From positions 376,774,001 to 376,838,000 of the forward strand of contig OZ024743.1 in the NCBI GenBank assembly GCA_964016885.1: a DNA stretch of 64,000 nucleotides. Direction: 5' to 3'. Shown one piece after another: positions 38,401-53,400 of the stretch. How positions within the stretch are numbered: position 1 is the first letter of the stretch; every line of letters begins with the position of its first letter. The DNA is from Eledone cirrhosa. Lineage: Eukaryota. The notes under the pieces were generated by a model. It worked only from the letters and a program-made list of their open reading frames with translations. It was not told where the DNA came from and searched no databases. The translations under genes were made by a program, and so were the position numbers.

Positions 38401-41400
38401 CCAATTGATGCTATAGGGATATATTTGGTCACTGTTGCTAATTGATGCTATAGGGATATATTTGGTCACTGTTGCCAATAGATGCTATAGGGATATATTT
38501 GGTCACTGTTGTCAATAGATGCTATAGGGATATATTTGGTCACTGTTGCCAATAGATGCTATAGGGATATATTTGGTCACTGTTGCCAATAGATGCTATA
38601 GGGCTATATTTGGTCACTGTTGTCAATACATGCTATAGGTATATATTTGGTCACGGTTGCCAATTGATGCTATAGGGATATATTTGGTCAGTGTTGCCAA
38701 TAGATGCTATAGGGATATATTTTGTCACTGTTGCCAATTGATGCTATAGGGATATATTTGGTCACAGTTGCCAATAGAAGTTATAGGGATATATTTGGTC
38801 ACTGTTGCCAATTGATGCTATAGGGATATATTTGGTCACTGTTGTGAATAGATGCTATAGGGATATATTTGGTCACTGTTTCTATTAGATGCTATAGGGA
38901 TATATTTGTTCACTGTTGCCAATTGATGCTATAGGGATATATTTGGTCACAGTTGCCAATAGATGTTATAGGGATATATTTGGTCACTGTTGCTATTAGA
39001 TGCTATAGGTATATATTTGGTCACTGTTGTCAATAGATGATATAGGGATATATTTGATCACTGTTGCCAATTGATGCTATAGGGATATATTTGGGCACTG
39101 TTGCCAATTGATGCTATAGGGATATATTTGGTCACTGTTGCCAATAGATGCTATAGGGATATATTTGGTAACTGTTGCCTATAGATGCTATAGGGATATA
39201 TTTGGTCACTGTTGTCAATAGATGCTATAGGGATATATTTGGTCACTGTTGCCAATAGATGCTATAGGGATATATTTGGACACTGTTGTCAATAGATGCT
39301 ATAGGGATATATTTGGTCACTGTTGCCAATAGATGCTATAGGGATATATTTGGTCACTTATGCCAATAGATGCTATAGGGATATATTTGGTCACTGTTGC
39401 CAATAGATGCTATAGGGATATATTTGGTCACTGTTGTCAATAGATGCTATAGGGATATATTTGGTCACTGTTGCCAATAGATGCTATAGAGATATGTTTG
39501 GTCACTGTTGTCAATAGATTCTATAGGGATATATTTGGTCTCTGTTGCCAATTGATGCTATAGGGATATATTTGGTCACTGTTGCCAATAGATGCTATAG
39601 GGATATATATGGTCACTGTTGCCAATTGATGCTATAGGGATATATTTGGTCACTGTTGGCAATAGATGCTATAGATATATATTTGGTCACTGTTGCCAAT
39701 AGATGCTAAAGGGATATATTTGGTCACTGTTGCCAATAGATGCTATAGGGATATATATGGTCACTGTTATTAATAGATGCTATAGGGATATATTTGGTCG
39801 CTGTTGCCAATAGATGCTATAGGGATATATTTGGTCACTGTTGCCAATTGACGCTATAGGGATATATTTGGTCACTGTTGCCAATAGATGCTATAGGGAT
39901 ATATTTGGTCACTGTAGCCAATAGATGCTATGGAGATATATTTGGTCACTCTTGCCAATAGATACTATAGGGATATATTTGGTCACTGTTGCCAATAGAT
40001 GCTATAGGAATATATTTGGTCACTGTTGCCAATAGATGCTATAGGGATATATTTGGTCACTGTTGCCAATTTATGCTATAGGAATATATTTGGTCACTGT
40101 TGCCAATAGATGTTATAGGGATATATTTGGTCACTGTTGTCAAAAGATGCTATAGGGATATGTTTGGTCACTGTTGCCAATAGATGCTATAGGGATATAT
40201 TTGGTCACTGTTGCCAATAGATGCTATAGGGATATATTTGGTCACTTTTGCCAATAGATATTATATGGATATATTTGGTCACTGTTGCCAATAGATGTTA
40301 TAGGGATATATTTGGTCACTGTTGTCAATAGATGTTATAGGGATATATTTGGTCACTGTTGTCAATAGATGCTATAGGGATATATTTGATCACTATTGCC
40401 AATAGATGCTATAGGGATATATTTGGTCACTGTTGCCAATAGATGCTATAGGGATATATTTGGGCACTGTTGCCAATAGATGCTATAGGGATATATTTGG
40501 TCACTGTTGTCAATAGATGCTATAGGGATATATTTGGTCACTGTTGCCAATAGATGCTATAGGGATATATTTGGTCACTGTTGTCAATAGATGCTATAGG
40601 GACATATTTGGTCACTGTTGTCAATAGATACTGTAGGGACATATTTGGTCACTGTTGCCAATAGATGCTATAGGGATATATTTGGTCACTATTGCCAATA
40701 GATGCTATAGGGATATATTTGGTCACTATTGCCAATAGATGCTATAGGGATATATTTGGTCACTGTTGTCAATTCATGCTATAGGTTTATATTTGGTCAC
40801 TGTTGCCAATAGATGCTATAGGGATATATTTGGTCACTGTTGCCAATAGATGCTATAGGGATATATTTGTTCACTGTTGCCAATTGATGCTATAGGAATA
40901 TATTTGGTCACTGTTGTCAATAGATGCTATAGGGATATATTTGGTCACTGTTGTTAATAGATGCTATAGGGATATATTTGGTCACTGTTGTCAATAGATG
41001 CTATAGGGATATATTTGTCACTGTTGTCAATAGATGCTATAGGGCTATATTTGGTCACTGTTGTCAATAGATGCTATAGGGATATATTTGTCACTGTTGC
41101 CAATAGATGCTATAGGGATATATTTGGTCACTGTTGTCAATAGATGCTATAGGGATATATTTGGTCACTGTTGTTAATAGATGCTATAGGGATATATTTG
41201 GTCACTGTTGCCAATAGAAGTTATAGGGATATATTTGGTCACTGTTGCCAATTGATGCTATAGGGATATATTTGGTCACTGTTGTGAATAGATGCTATAG
41301 GGATATATATGGTCACTGTTTCCAATAGATGCTATAGGGATATATTTGTTCACTGTTGCCAATTGATGCTATAGGGATATATTTGGTCACAGTTGCCAAT

Positions 41401-44400
41401 AGATGTTATAGGGATATATTTGGTCACTGTTGCCAATTGATGCTATAGGGATATATTTGGTCACTGTTGTCAATAGATGCTGTAGGGATATATTTAGTCA
41501 CTGTTGTGAATAGATGCTATAGGGATATATTTGGTCACTGTTGCCAATAGATGCTATAGGGATATATTTGGTCACTGTTGTCAATAGATGCTATAGGGAT
41601 ATATTTGGTCACTGTTGCTAATTGATGCTATAGGGATATATTTGGTCACTGTTGCCAATTGATGCTATAGGGATATATTTGGTCACTGTTGTCAATAGAT
41701 GCTATAGGGATATATTTGGTCACTGTTGTCAATAGAAGCTATAGGGATATATTTGGTCACTGTTGCCAATAGATGCTATAGGGATATATATGGTCACTGT
41801 TGTCAATAGATGCTATAGGGATATATTTGGTCACTGTTGCCATTTGATGCTATAGGGATATATTTGGTCATTGTTGCCAATAGATGCTATAGGGATATAT
41901 TTGGTCACTGTTGCCAATTGATGCTATAGGGATATATTTGGTCACTCTTGCCAATTGATGCTATAGGGATATATTTGGTCACTGTTGCTAATTGATGCTA
42001 TAGGGATATATTTGGTCACTGTTGCCAATAGATGCTATAGGGATATATTTGGTCACTGTTGTCAATAGATGCTATAGGGATATATTTGGTCACTGTTGCC
42101 AATAGATGCTATAGGGATATATTTGGTCACTGTTGCCAATAGATGCTATAGGGCTATATTTGGTCACTGTTGTCAATACATGCTATAGGTATATATTTGG
42201 TCACGGTTGCAAATTGATGCTATAGGGATATATTTGGTCAGTGTTGCCAATAGATGCTATAGGGATATATTTTGTCACTGTTGCCAATTGATGCTATAGG
42301 GATATATTTGGTCACAGTTGCCAATAGAAGTTATAGGGATATATTTGGTCACTGTTGCCAATTGATGCTATAGGGATATATTTGGTCACTGTTGTGAATA
42401 GATGCTATAGGGATATATTTGGTCACTGTTTCCAATAGATGCTATAGGGATATATTTGTTCACTGTTGCCAATTGATGCTATAGGGATATATTTGGTCAC
42501 AGTTGCCAATAGATGTTATAGGGATATATTTGGTCACTGTTGCTATTAGATGCTATAGGTATATATTTGGTCACTGTTGTCAATAGATGATATAGGGATA
42601 TATTTGATCACTGTTGCCAATTGATGCTATAGGGATATATTTGGGCACTGTTGCCAATTGATGCTATAGGGATATATTTGGTCACTGTTGCCAATAGATG
42701 CTATAGGGATAAATTTGGTCACTGTTGCCTATAGATGCTATAGGGATATATTTGGTCACTGTTGTCAATAGATGCTATAGGGATATATTTGGTCACTGTT
42801 GCCAATAGATGCTATAGGGATATATTTGGACACTGTTGTCAATAGATGCTATAGGGATATATTTGGTCACTGTTGCCAATAGATGCTATAGGGATATATT
42901 TGGTCACTTATGCCAATAGATGCTATAGGGATATATTTGGTCACTGTTGCCAATAGATGCTATAGGGATATATTTGGTCACTGTTGTCAATAGATGCTAT
43001 AGGGATATATTTGGTCACTGTTGCTAATTGATGCTATAGGGATATATTTGGTCACTGTTGCCAATTGATGCTATAGGGATATATTTGGTCACTGTTGTCA
43101 ATAGATGCTATAGGGATATATTTGGTCACTGTTGTCAATAGATGCTATAGGGATATATTTGGTCACTGTTGCCAATAGATGCTATAGGGATATATTTGGT
43201 CACTGTTGTCAATAGATGCTATAGGGATATTTTTGGTCACTGTTGCCAATTGATGCTATAGGGATATATTTGGTCATTGTTGCCAATAGATGCTATAGGG
43301 ATATATTTGGTCACTGTTGCCAATTGATGCTATAGGGATATATTTGGTCACTCTTGCCAATTGATGCTATAGGGATATATTTGGTCACTGTTGCTAATTG
43401 ATGCTATAGGGATATATTTGGTCACTGTTGCCAATAGATGCTATAGGGATATATTTGGTCACTGTTGTCAATAGATGCTATAGGGATATATTTGGTCACT
43501 GTTGCCAATAGATGCTATAGGGATATATTTGGTCACTGTTGCCAATAGATGCTATAGGGCTATATTTGGTCAATGTTGTCAATACATGCTATAGGTATAT
43601 ATTTGGTCACGGTTGCCAATTGATGCTATAGGGATATATTTGGTCAGTGTTGCCAATAGATGCTATAGGGATATATTTGGTCACTGTTGCCAATTGATGC
43701 TATAGGGATATATTTGGTCACAGTTGCCAATAGAAGTTATAGGGATATATTTGGTCACTGTTGCCAATTGATGCTATAGGGATATATTTGGTCACTGTTG
43801 TGAATAGATGCTATAGGGATATATTTGGTCACTGTTTCTATTAGATGCTATAGGGATATATTTGTTCACTGTTGCCAATTGATGCTATAGGGATATATTT
43901 GGTCACAGTTGCCAATAGATGTTATAGGGATATATTTGTTCACTGTTGCCAATTGATGCTATAGGGATATATTTGGTCACTGTTGTCAATAGATGCTATA
44001 GGGATATATTTGTTCACTGTTGCCAATTGATGCTATAGGGATATATTTGGTCACAGTTGCCAATAGATGCTATAGGGATATATTTGGTCACTGTTTCTAT
44101 TAGATGGTATAGGGATATATTTGTTCACTGTTGCCAATTGATGCTATAGGGATATATTTGGTCACTGTTGCTATTAGATGCTATAGGTATATATTTGGTC
44201 ACTGTTGTCAATAGATGATATAGGGATATATTTGATCACTGTTGCCAATTGATGCTATAGGGATATATTTGGGCACTGTTGCCAATTGATGCTATAGGGA
44301 TATATTTGGTCACTGTTGCCAATAGATGCTATAGGGATATATTTGGTCACTGTTGCCTATAGATGCTATAGGGATATATTTGGTCACTGTTGTCAATAGA

Positions 44401-47400
44401 TGCTATAGGGATATATTTGGTCACTGTTGCCAATAGATGCTATAGGGATATATTTGGACACTGTTGTCAATAGATGCTATAGGGATATATTTGGTCACTG
44501 TTGCCAATAGATGCTATAGGGATATATTTGGTCACTTATGCCAATAGATGCTATAGGGATATATTTGGTCACTGTTGCCAATAGATGCTATAGGGATATA
44601 TTTGGTCACTGTTGTCAATAGATGCTATAGGGATATATTTGGTCACTGTTGCCAATAGATGCTATAGAGATATGTTTGGTCACTGTTGTCAATAGATTCT
44701 ATAGGGATATATTTGGTCTCTGTTGCCAATTGATGCTATAGGGATATATTTGGTCACTGTTGCCAATAGATGCTATAGGGATATATATGGTCACTGTTGC
44801 CAATTGATGCTATAGGGATATATTTGGTCACTGTTGTCAATAGATGCTATAGGGATATATTTGGTCACTGTTGCCAATAGATGCTAAAGGGATATATTTG
44901 TTCACTGTTGCCAATTGATGCTATAGGGATATATTTGGTCACAGTTGCCAATAGATGTTATAGGGATATATTTGGTCACTGTTGCTATTAGATGCTATAG
45001 GTATATATTTGGTCACTGTTGTCAATAGATGATATAGGGATATATTTGATCACTGTTGCCAATTGATGCTATAGGGATATATTTGGGCACTGTTGCCAAT
45101 TGATGCTATAGGGATATATTTGATCACTGTTGCCAATAGATGCTATAGGGATAAATTTGGTCACTGTTGCCTATAGATGCTATAGGGATATATTTGGTCA
45201 CTGTTGTCAATAGATGCTATAGGGATATATTTGGTCACTGTTGCCAATAGATGCTATAGGGATATATTTGGACACTGTTGTCAATAGATGCTATAGGGAT
45301 ATATTTGGTCACTGTTGCCAATAGATGCTATAGGGATATATTTGGTCACTTATGCCAATAGATGCTATAGGGATATATTTGGTCACTGTTGCCAATAGAT
45401 GCTATAGGGATATATTTGGTCACTGTTGTCAATAGATGCTATAGGGATATATTTGGTCACTGTTGCTAATTGATGCTATAGGGATATATTTGGTCACTGT
45501 TGCCAATTGATGCTATAGGGATATATTTGGTCACTGTTGTCAATAGATGCTATAGGGATATATTTGGTCACTGTTGTCAATAGATGCTATAGGGATATAT
45601 TTGGTCACTGTTGCCAATAGATGCTATAGGGATATATTTGGTCACTGTTGTCAATAGATGCTATAGGGATATTTTTGGTCACTGTTGCCAATTGATGCTA
45701 TAGGGATATATTTGGTCATTGTTGCCAATAGATGCTATAGGGATATATTTGGTCACTGTTGCCAATTGATGCTATAGGGATATATTTGGTCACTCTTGCC
45801 AATTGATGCTATAGGGATATATTTGGTCACTGTTGCTAATTGATGCTATAGGGATATATTTGGTCACTGTTGCCAATAGATGCTATAGGGATATATTTGG
45901 TCACTGTTGTCAATAGATGCTATAGGGATATATTTGGTCACTGTTGCCAATAGATGCTATAGGGATATATTTGGTCACTGTTGCCAATAGATGCTATAGG
46001 GCTATATTTGGTCAATGTTGTCAATACATGCTATAGGTATATATTTGGTCACGGTTGCCAATTGATGCTATAGGGATATATTTGGTCAGTGTTGCCAATA
46101 GATGCTATAGGGATATATTTGGTCACTGTTGCCAATTGATGCTATAGGGATATATTTGGTCACAGTTGCCAATAGAAGTTATAGGGATATATTTGGTCAC
46201 TGTTGCCAATTGATGCTATAGGGATATATTTGGTCACTGTTGTGAATAGATGCTATAGGGATATATTTGGTCACTGTTTCTATTAGATGCTATAGGGATA
46301 TATTTGTTCACTGTTGCCAATTGATGCTATAGGGATATATTTGGTCACAGTTGCCAATAGATGTTATAGGGATATATTTGGTCACTGTTGCTATTAGATG
46401 CTATAGGTATATATTTGGTCACTGTTGTCAATAGATGATATAGGGATATATTTGATCACTGTTGCCAATTGATGCTATAGGGATATATTTGGGCACTGTT
46501 GCCAATTGATGCTATAGGGATATATTTGGTCACTGTTGCCAATAGATGCTATAGGGATATATTTGGTCACTGTTGCCTATAGATGCTATAGGGATATATT
46601 TGGTCACTGTTGTCAATAGATGCTATAGGGATATATTTGGTCACTGTTGCCAATAGATGCTATAGGGATATATTTGGACACTGTTGTCAATAGATGCTAT
46701 AGGGATATATTTGGTCACTGTTGCCAATAGATGCTATAGGGATATATTTGGTCACTTATGCCAATAGATGCTATAGGGATATATTTGGTCACTGTTGCCA
46801 ATAGATGCTATAGGGATATATTTGGTCACTGTTGTCAATAGATGCTATAGGGATATATTTGGTCACTGTTGCCAATAGATGCTATAGAGATATGTTTGGT
46901 CACTGTTGTCAATAGATTCTATAGGGATATATTTGGTCTCTGTTGCCAATTGATGCTATAGGGATATATTTGGTCACTGTTGCCAATAGATGCTATAGGG
47001 ATATATATGGTCACTGTTGCCAATTGATGCTATAGGGATATATTTGGTCACTGTTGTCAATAGATGCTATAGGGATATATTTGGTCACTGTTGCCAATAG
47101 ATGCTAAAGGGATATATTTGGTCACTGTTGCCAATAGATGCTATAGGGATATATATGGTCACTGTTATTAATAGATGCTATAGGGATATATTTGGTCGCT
47201 GTTGCCAATAGATGCTATAGGGATATATTTGGTCACTGTTGCCAATTGACGCTATAGGGATATATTTGGTCACTGTAGCCAATAGATGCTATGGAGATAT
47301 ATTTGGTCACTCTTGCCAATAGATACTATAGGGATATATTTGGTCACTGTTGCCAATAGATGCTATAGGAATATATTTGGTCACTGTTGCCAATAGATGC

Positions 47401-50400
47401 TATAGGGATATATTTGGTCACTGTTGCCAATTTATGCTATAGGAATATATTTGGTCACTGTTGCCAATAGATGTTATAGGGATATATTTGGTCACTGTTG
47501 TCAAAAGATGCTATAGGGATATGTTTGGTCACTGTTGCCAATAGATGCTATAGGGATATATTTGGTCACTGTTGCCAATAGATGCTATAGGGATATATTT
47601 GGTCACTGTTGTCAATAGATGCTATAGGGATATATTTGGTCACTGTTGCCAATAGATGCTATAGGGATATATTTGGTCACTGTTGTCAATAGATGCTATA
47701 GGGATATATTTGGTCACTGTTGTCAATAGATGCTATAGGGATATATTTGGTCACTGTTGCCAATAGATGCTATAGGGATATATTTGGTCACTGTTGTCAA
47801 TAGATGCTATGGGGATATATTTGGTCACTGTTGCCAATAGATGCTATAGGGATATATTTGGTCACTGTTGCCAATAGATGCTATAGGGATATATTTGGTC
47901 ACTGTTGCCAATAGATGCTATAGGGATATATTTGGACACTGTTGTCAATAGATGCTATAGGGATATATTTGGTCACTGTTGCCAATAGATGCTATAGGGA
48001 TATATTTGGTCACTTATGCCAATAGATGCTATAGGGATATATTTGGTCACTGTTGCCAATAGATGCTATAGGGATATATTTGGTCACTGTTGTCAATAGA
48101 TGCTATAGGGATATATTTGGTCACTGTTGCCAATAGATGCTATAGAGATATGTTTGGTCACTGTTGTCAATAGATGCTATAGGGATATATTTGGTCACTG
48201 TTGCCAATTGATGCTATAGGGATATATTTGGTCACTGTTGCCAATAGATGCTATAGGGATATATATGGTCACTGTTGCCAATTGATGCTATAGGGATATA
48301 TTTGGTCACTGTTTTCAATAGATGCTATAGGGATATATTTGGTCACTGTTGCCAATAGATGCTAAAGGGATATATTTAGTCACTGTTGCCAATAGATGCT
48401 ATAGGGATATATTTGGTAACTGTTATTAATAGATGCTATAGGGATATATTTGGTCACTGTTGCCAATAGATGCTATAGGGATATATTTGGTCACTGTTGC
48501 CAATTGACGCTATAGGGATATATTTGGTCACTGTTGCCAATAGATGTTATAGGGATATATTTGGTCACTGTAGCCAATAGATGCTATGGAGATATATTTG
48601 GTCACTGTTGTCAATAGATACTATAGGGATATATTTGGTCACTGTTGCCAATAGATGCTATAGGAATATATTTGGTCACTGTTGCCAATAGATGCTATAG
48701 GGATATATTTGGTCACTGTTGCCAATTTATGCTATAGGGATATATTTGGTCACTGTTGCCAATAGATGCTATAGGGATATATTTGTTCACTGTTGTCAAT
48801 AGATATTATAGGGATATATTTAGTCACTGTTGCCAATAGAAGTTATAGGGATATATTTTGTCACTGTTGCCAATTGATGCTATAGGGATATATTTGGTCA
48901 CTGTTGCCAATAGATGTTATAGGGATATATTTGGTCACTGTTGCCAATAGATGTTATAGGGATATATTTGGTCACTGTTGCTATTAGATGCTATAGGTAT
49001 ATATTTGGTCACTGTTGTCAATTGATGCTATAGGGATATATATGGTCACTGTTTCCAATAGATGCTATAGGGATATATTTGTTCACTGTTGCCAATTGAT
49101 GCTATAGGGATATATTTGGTCACAGTTGCCAATAGATGTTATAGGGATATATTTGGTCACTGTTGCTATTAGATGCTATAGGTATATATTTGGTCACTGT
49201 TGTCAATAGATGCTAGAGGGATATATTTGGTCACTGTTGCCAATAGATGCTATAGGGATATATTTGGTCACTGTTGCCAATTGATGCTATAGGGATATAT
49301 TTGGTCACTGTTGCCAATAGATGCTATAGGGATATATTTGGTCACTGTTGCTATTAGATGCTATAGGTATATATTTGGTCACTGTTGCCAATAGATGCTA
49401 TAGGGATATATTTGGTCACTTATGCCAATAGATGCTATAGGGATATATTTGGTCACTGTTGCCAATAGATGCTATAGGGATATATTTGGTCACTGTTGTC
49501 AATAGATGCTATAGGGATATATTTGGTCACTGTTGCTAATTGATGCTATAGGGATATATTTGGTCACTGTTGCCAATTGATGCTATAGGGATATATTTGG
49601 TCACTGTTGTCAATAGATGCTATAGGGATATATTTGGTCACTGTTGTCAATAGATGCTATAGGGATATATTTGGTCACTGTTGCCAATAGATGCTATAGG
49701 GATATATTTGGTCACTGTTGTCAATAGATGCTATAGGGATATTTTTGGTCACTGTTGCCAATTGATGCTATAGGGATATATTTGGTCATTGTTGCCAATA
49801 GATGCTATAGGGATATATTTGGTCACTGTTGCCAATTGATGCTATAGGGATATATTTGGTCACTCTTGCCAATTGATGCTATAGGGATATATTTGGTCAC
49901 TGTTGCTAATTGATGCTATAGGGATATATTTGGTCACTGTTGCCAATAGATGCTATAGGGATATATTTGGTCACTGTTGCCAATAGATGCTATAGGGCTA
50001 TATTTGGTCAATGTTGTCAATACATGCTATAGGTATATATTTGGTCACGGTTGCCAATTGATGCTATAGGGATATATTTGGTCAGTGTTGCCAATAGATG
50101 CTATAGGGATATATTTGGTCACTGTTGCCAATTGATGCTATAGGGATATATTTGGTCACAGTTGCCAATAGAAGTTATAGGGATATATTTGGTCACTGTT
50201 GCCAATTGATGCTATAGGGATATATTTGGTCACTGTTGTGAATAGATGCTATAGGGATATATTTGGTCACTGTTTCTATTAGATGCTATAGGGATATATT
50301 TGTTCACTGTTGCCAATTGATGCTATAGGGATATATTTGGTCACAGTTGCCAATAGATGTTATAGGGATATATTTGGTCACTGTTGCTATTAGATGCTAT

Positions 50401-53400
50401 AGGTATATATTTGGTCACTGTTGTCAATAGATGATATAGGGATATATTTGATCACTGTTGCCAATTGATGCTATAGGGATATATTTGGGCACTGTTGCCA
50501 ATTGATGCTATAGGGATATATTTGGTCACTGTTGCCAATAGATGCTATAGGGATATATTTGGTCACTGTTGCCTATAGATGCTATAGGGATATATTTGGT
50601 CACTGTTGTCAATAGATGCTATAGGGATATATTTGGTCACTGTTGCCAATAGATGCTATAGGGATATATTTGGACACTGTTGTCTATAGATGCTATAGGG
50701 ATATATTTGGTCACTGTTGCCAATAGATGCTATAGGGATATATTTGGTCACTTATGCCAATAGATGCTATAGGGATATATTTGGTCACTGTTGCCAATAG
50801 ATGCTATAGGGATATATTTGGTCACTGTTGTCAATAGATGCTATAGGGATATATTTGGTCACTGTTGCCAATAGATGCTATAGAGATATGTTTGGTCACT
50901 GTTGTCAATAGATTCTATAGGGATATATTTGGTCTCTGTTGCCAATTGATGCTATAGGGATATATTTGGTCACTGTTGCCAATAGATGCTATAGGGATAT
51001 ATATGGTCACTGTTGCCAATTGATGCTATAGGGATATATTTGGTCACTGTTGTCAATAGATGCTATAGGGATATATTTGGTCACTGTTGCCAATAGATGC
51101 TAAAGGGATATATTTGGTCACTGTTGCCAATAGATGCTATAGGGATATATATGGTCACTGTTATTAATAGATGCTATAGGGATATATTTGGTCGCTGTTG
51201 CCAATAGATGCTATAGGGATATATTTGGTCACTGTTGCCAATTGACGCTATAGGGATATATTTGGTCACTGTAGCCAATAGATGCTATGGAGATATATTT
51301 GGTCACTCTTGCCAATAGATACTATAGGGATATATTTGGTCACTGTTGCCAATAGATGCTATAGGAATATATTTGGTCACTGTTGCCAATAGATGCTATA
51401 GGGATATATTTGGTCACTGTTGCCAATTTATGCTATAGGAATATATTTGGTCACTGTTGCCAATAGATGTTATAGGGATATATTTGGTCACTGTTGTCAA
51501 AAGATGCTATAGGGATATGTTTGGTCACTGTTGCCAATAGATGCTATAGGGATATATTTGGTCACTGTTGCCAATAGATGCTATAGGGATATATTTGGTC
51601 ACTGTTGTCAATAGATGCTATAGGGATATATTTGGTCACTGTTGCCAATAGATGCTATAGGGATATATTTGGTCACTGTTGTCAATAGATGCTATAGGGA
51701 TATATTTGGTCACTGTTGTCAATAGATGCTATAGGGATATATTTGGTCACTGTTGCCAATAGATGCTATAGGGATATATTTGGTCACTGTTGTCAATAGA
51801 TGCTATGGGGATATATTTGGTCACTGTTGCCAATAGATGCTATAGGGATATATTTGGTCACTGTTGCCAATAGATGCTATAGGGATATATTTGGTCACTG
51901 TTGCCAATAGATGCTATAGGGATATATTTGGACACTGTTGTCAATAGATGCTATAGGGATATATTTGGTCACTGTTGCCAATAGATGCTATAGGGATATA
52001 TTTGGTCACTTATGCCAATAGATGCTATAGGGATATATTTGGTCACTGTTGCCAATAGATGCTATAGGGATATATTTGGTCACTGTTGTCAATAGATGCT
52101 ATAGGGATATATTTGGTCACTGTTGCCAATAGATGCTATAGAGATATGTTTGGTCACTGTTGTCAATAGATGCTATAGGGATATATTTGGTCACTGTTGC
52201 CAATTGATGCTATAGGGATATATTTGGTCACTGTTGCCAATAGATGCTATAGGGATATATATGGTCACTGTTGCCAATTGATGCTATAGGGATATATTTG
52301 GTCACTGTTTTCAATAGATGCTATAGGGATATATTTGGTCACTGTTGCCAATAGATGCTAAAGGGATATATTTAGTCACTGTTGCCAATAGATGCTATAG
52401 GGATATATTTGGTAACTGTTATTAATAGATGCTATAGGGATATATTTGGTCACTGTTGCCAATAGATGCTATAGGGATATATTTGGTCACTGTTGCCAAT
52501 TGACGCTATAGGGATATATTTGGTCACTGTTGCCAATAGATGCTATAGGGATATATTTGGTCACTGTAGCCAATAGATGCTATGGAGATATATTTGGTCA
52601 CTGTTGTCAATAGATACTATAGGGATATATTTGGTCACTGTTGCCAATAGATGCTATAGGAATATATTTGGTCACTGTTGCCAATAGATGCTATAGGGAT
52701 ATATTTGGTCACTGTTGCCAATTTATGCTATAGGGATATATTTGGTCACTGTTGCCAATAGATGCTATAGGGATATATTTGTTCACTGTTGTCAATAGAT
52801 ATTATAGGGATATATTTAGTCACTGTTGCCAATAGAAGTTATAGGGATATATTTTGTCACTGTTGCCAATTGATGCTATAGGGATATATTTGGTCACTGT
52901 TGCCAATAGATGTTATAGGGATATATTTGGTCACTGTTGCCAATAGATGTTATAGGGATATATTTGGTCACTGTTGCTATTAGATGCTATAGGTATATAT
53001 TTGGTCACTGTTGTCAATTGATGCTATAGGGATATATATGGTCACTGTTTCCAATAGATGCTATAGGGATATATTTGTTCACTGTTGCCAATTGATGCTA
53101 TAGGGATATATTTGGTCACAGTTGCCAATAGATGTTATAGGGATATATTTGGTCACTGTTGCTATTAGATGCTATAGGTATATATTTGGTCACTGTTGTC
53201 AATAGATGCTAGAGGGATATATTTGGTCACTGTTGCCAATAGATGCTATAGGGATATATTTGGTCACTGTTGCCAATTGATGCTATAGGGATATATTTGG
53301 TCACTGTTGCCAATAGATGCTATAGGGATATATTTGGTCACTGTTGCTATTAGATGCTATAGGTATATATTTGGTCACTGTTGCCAATAGATGCTATAGG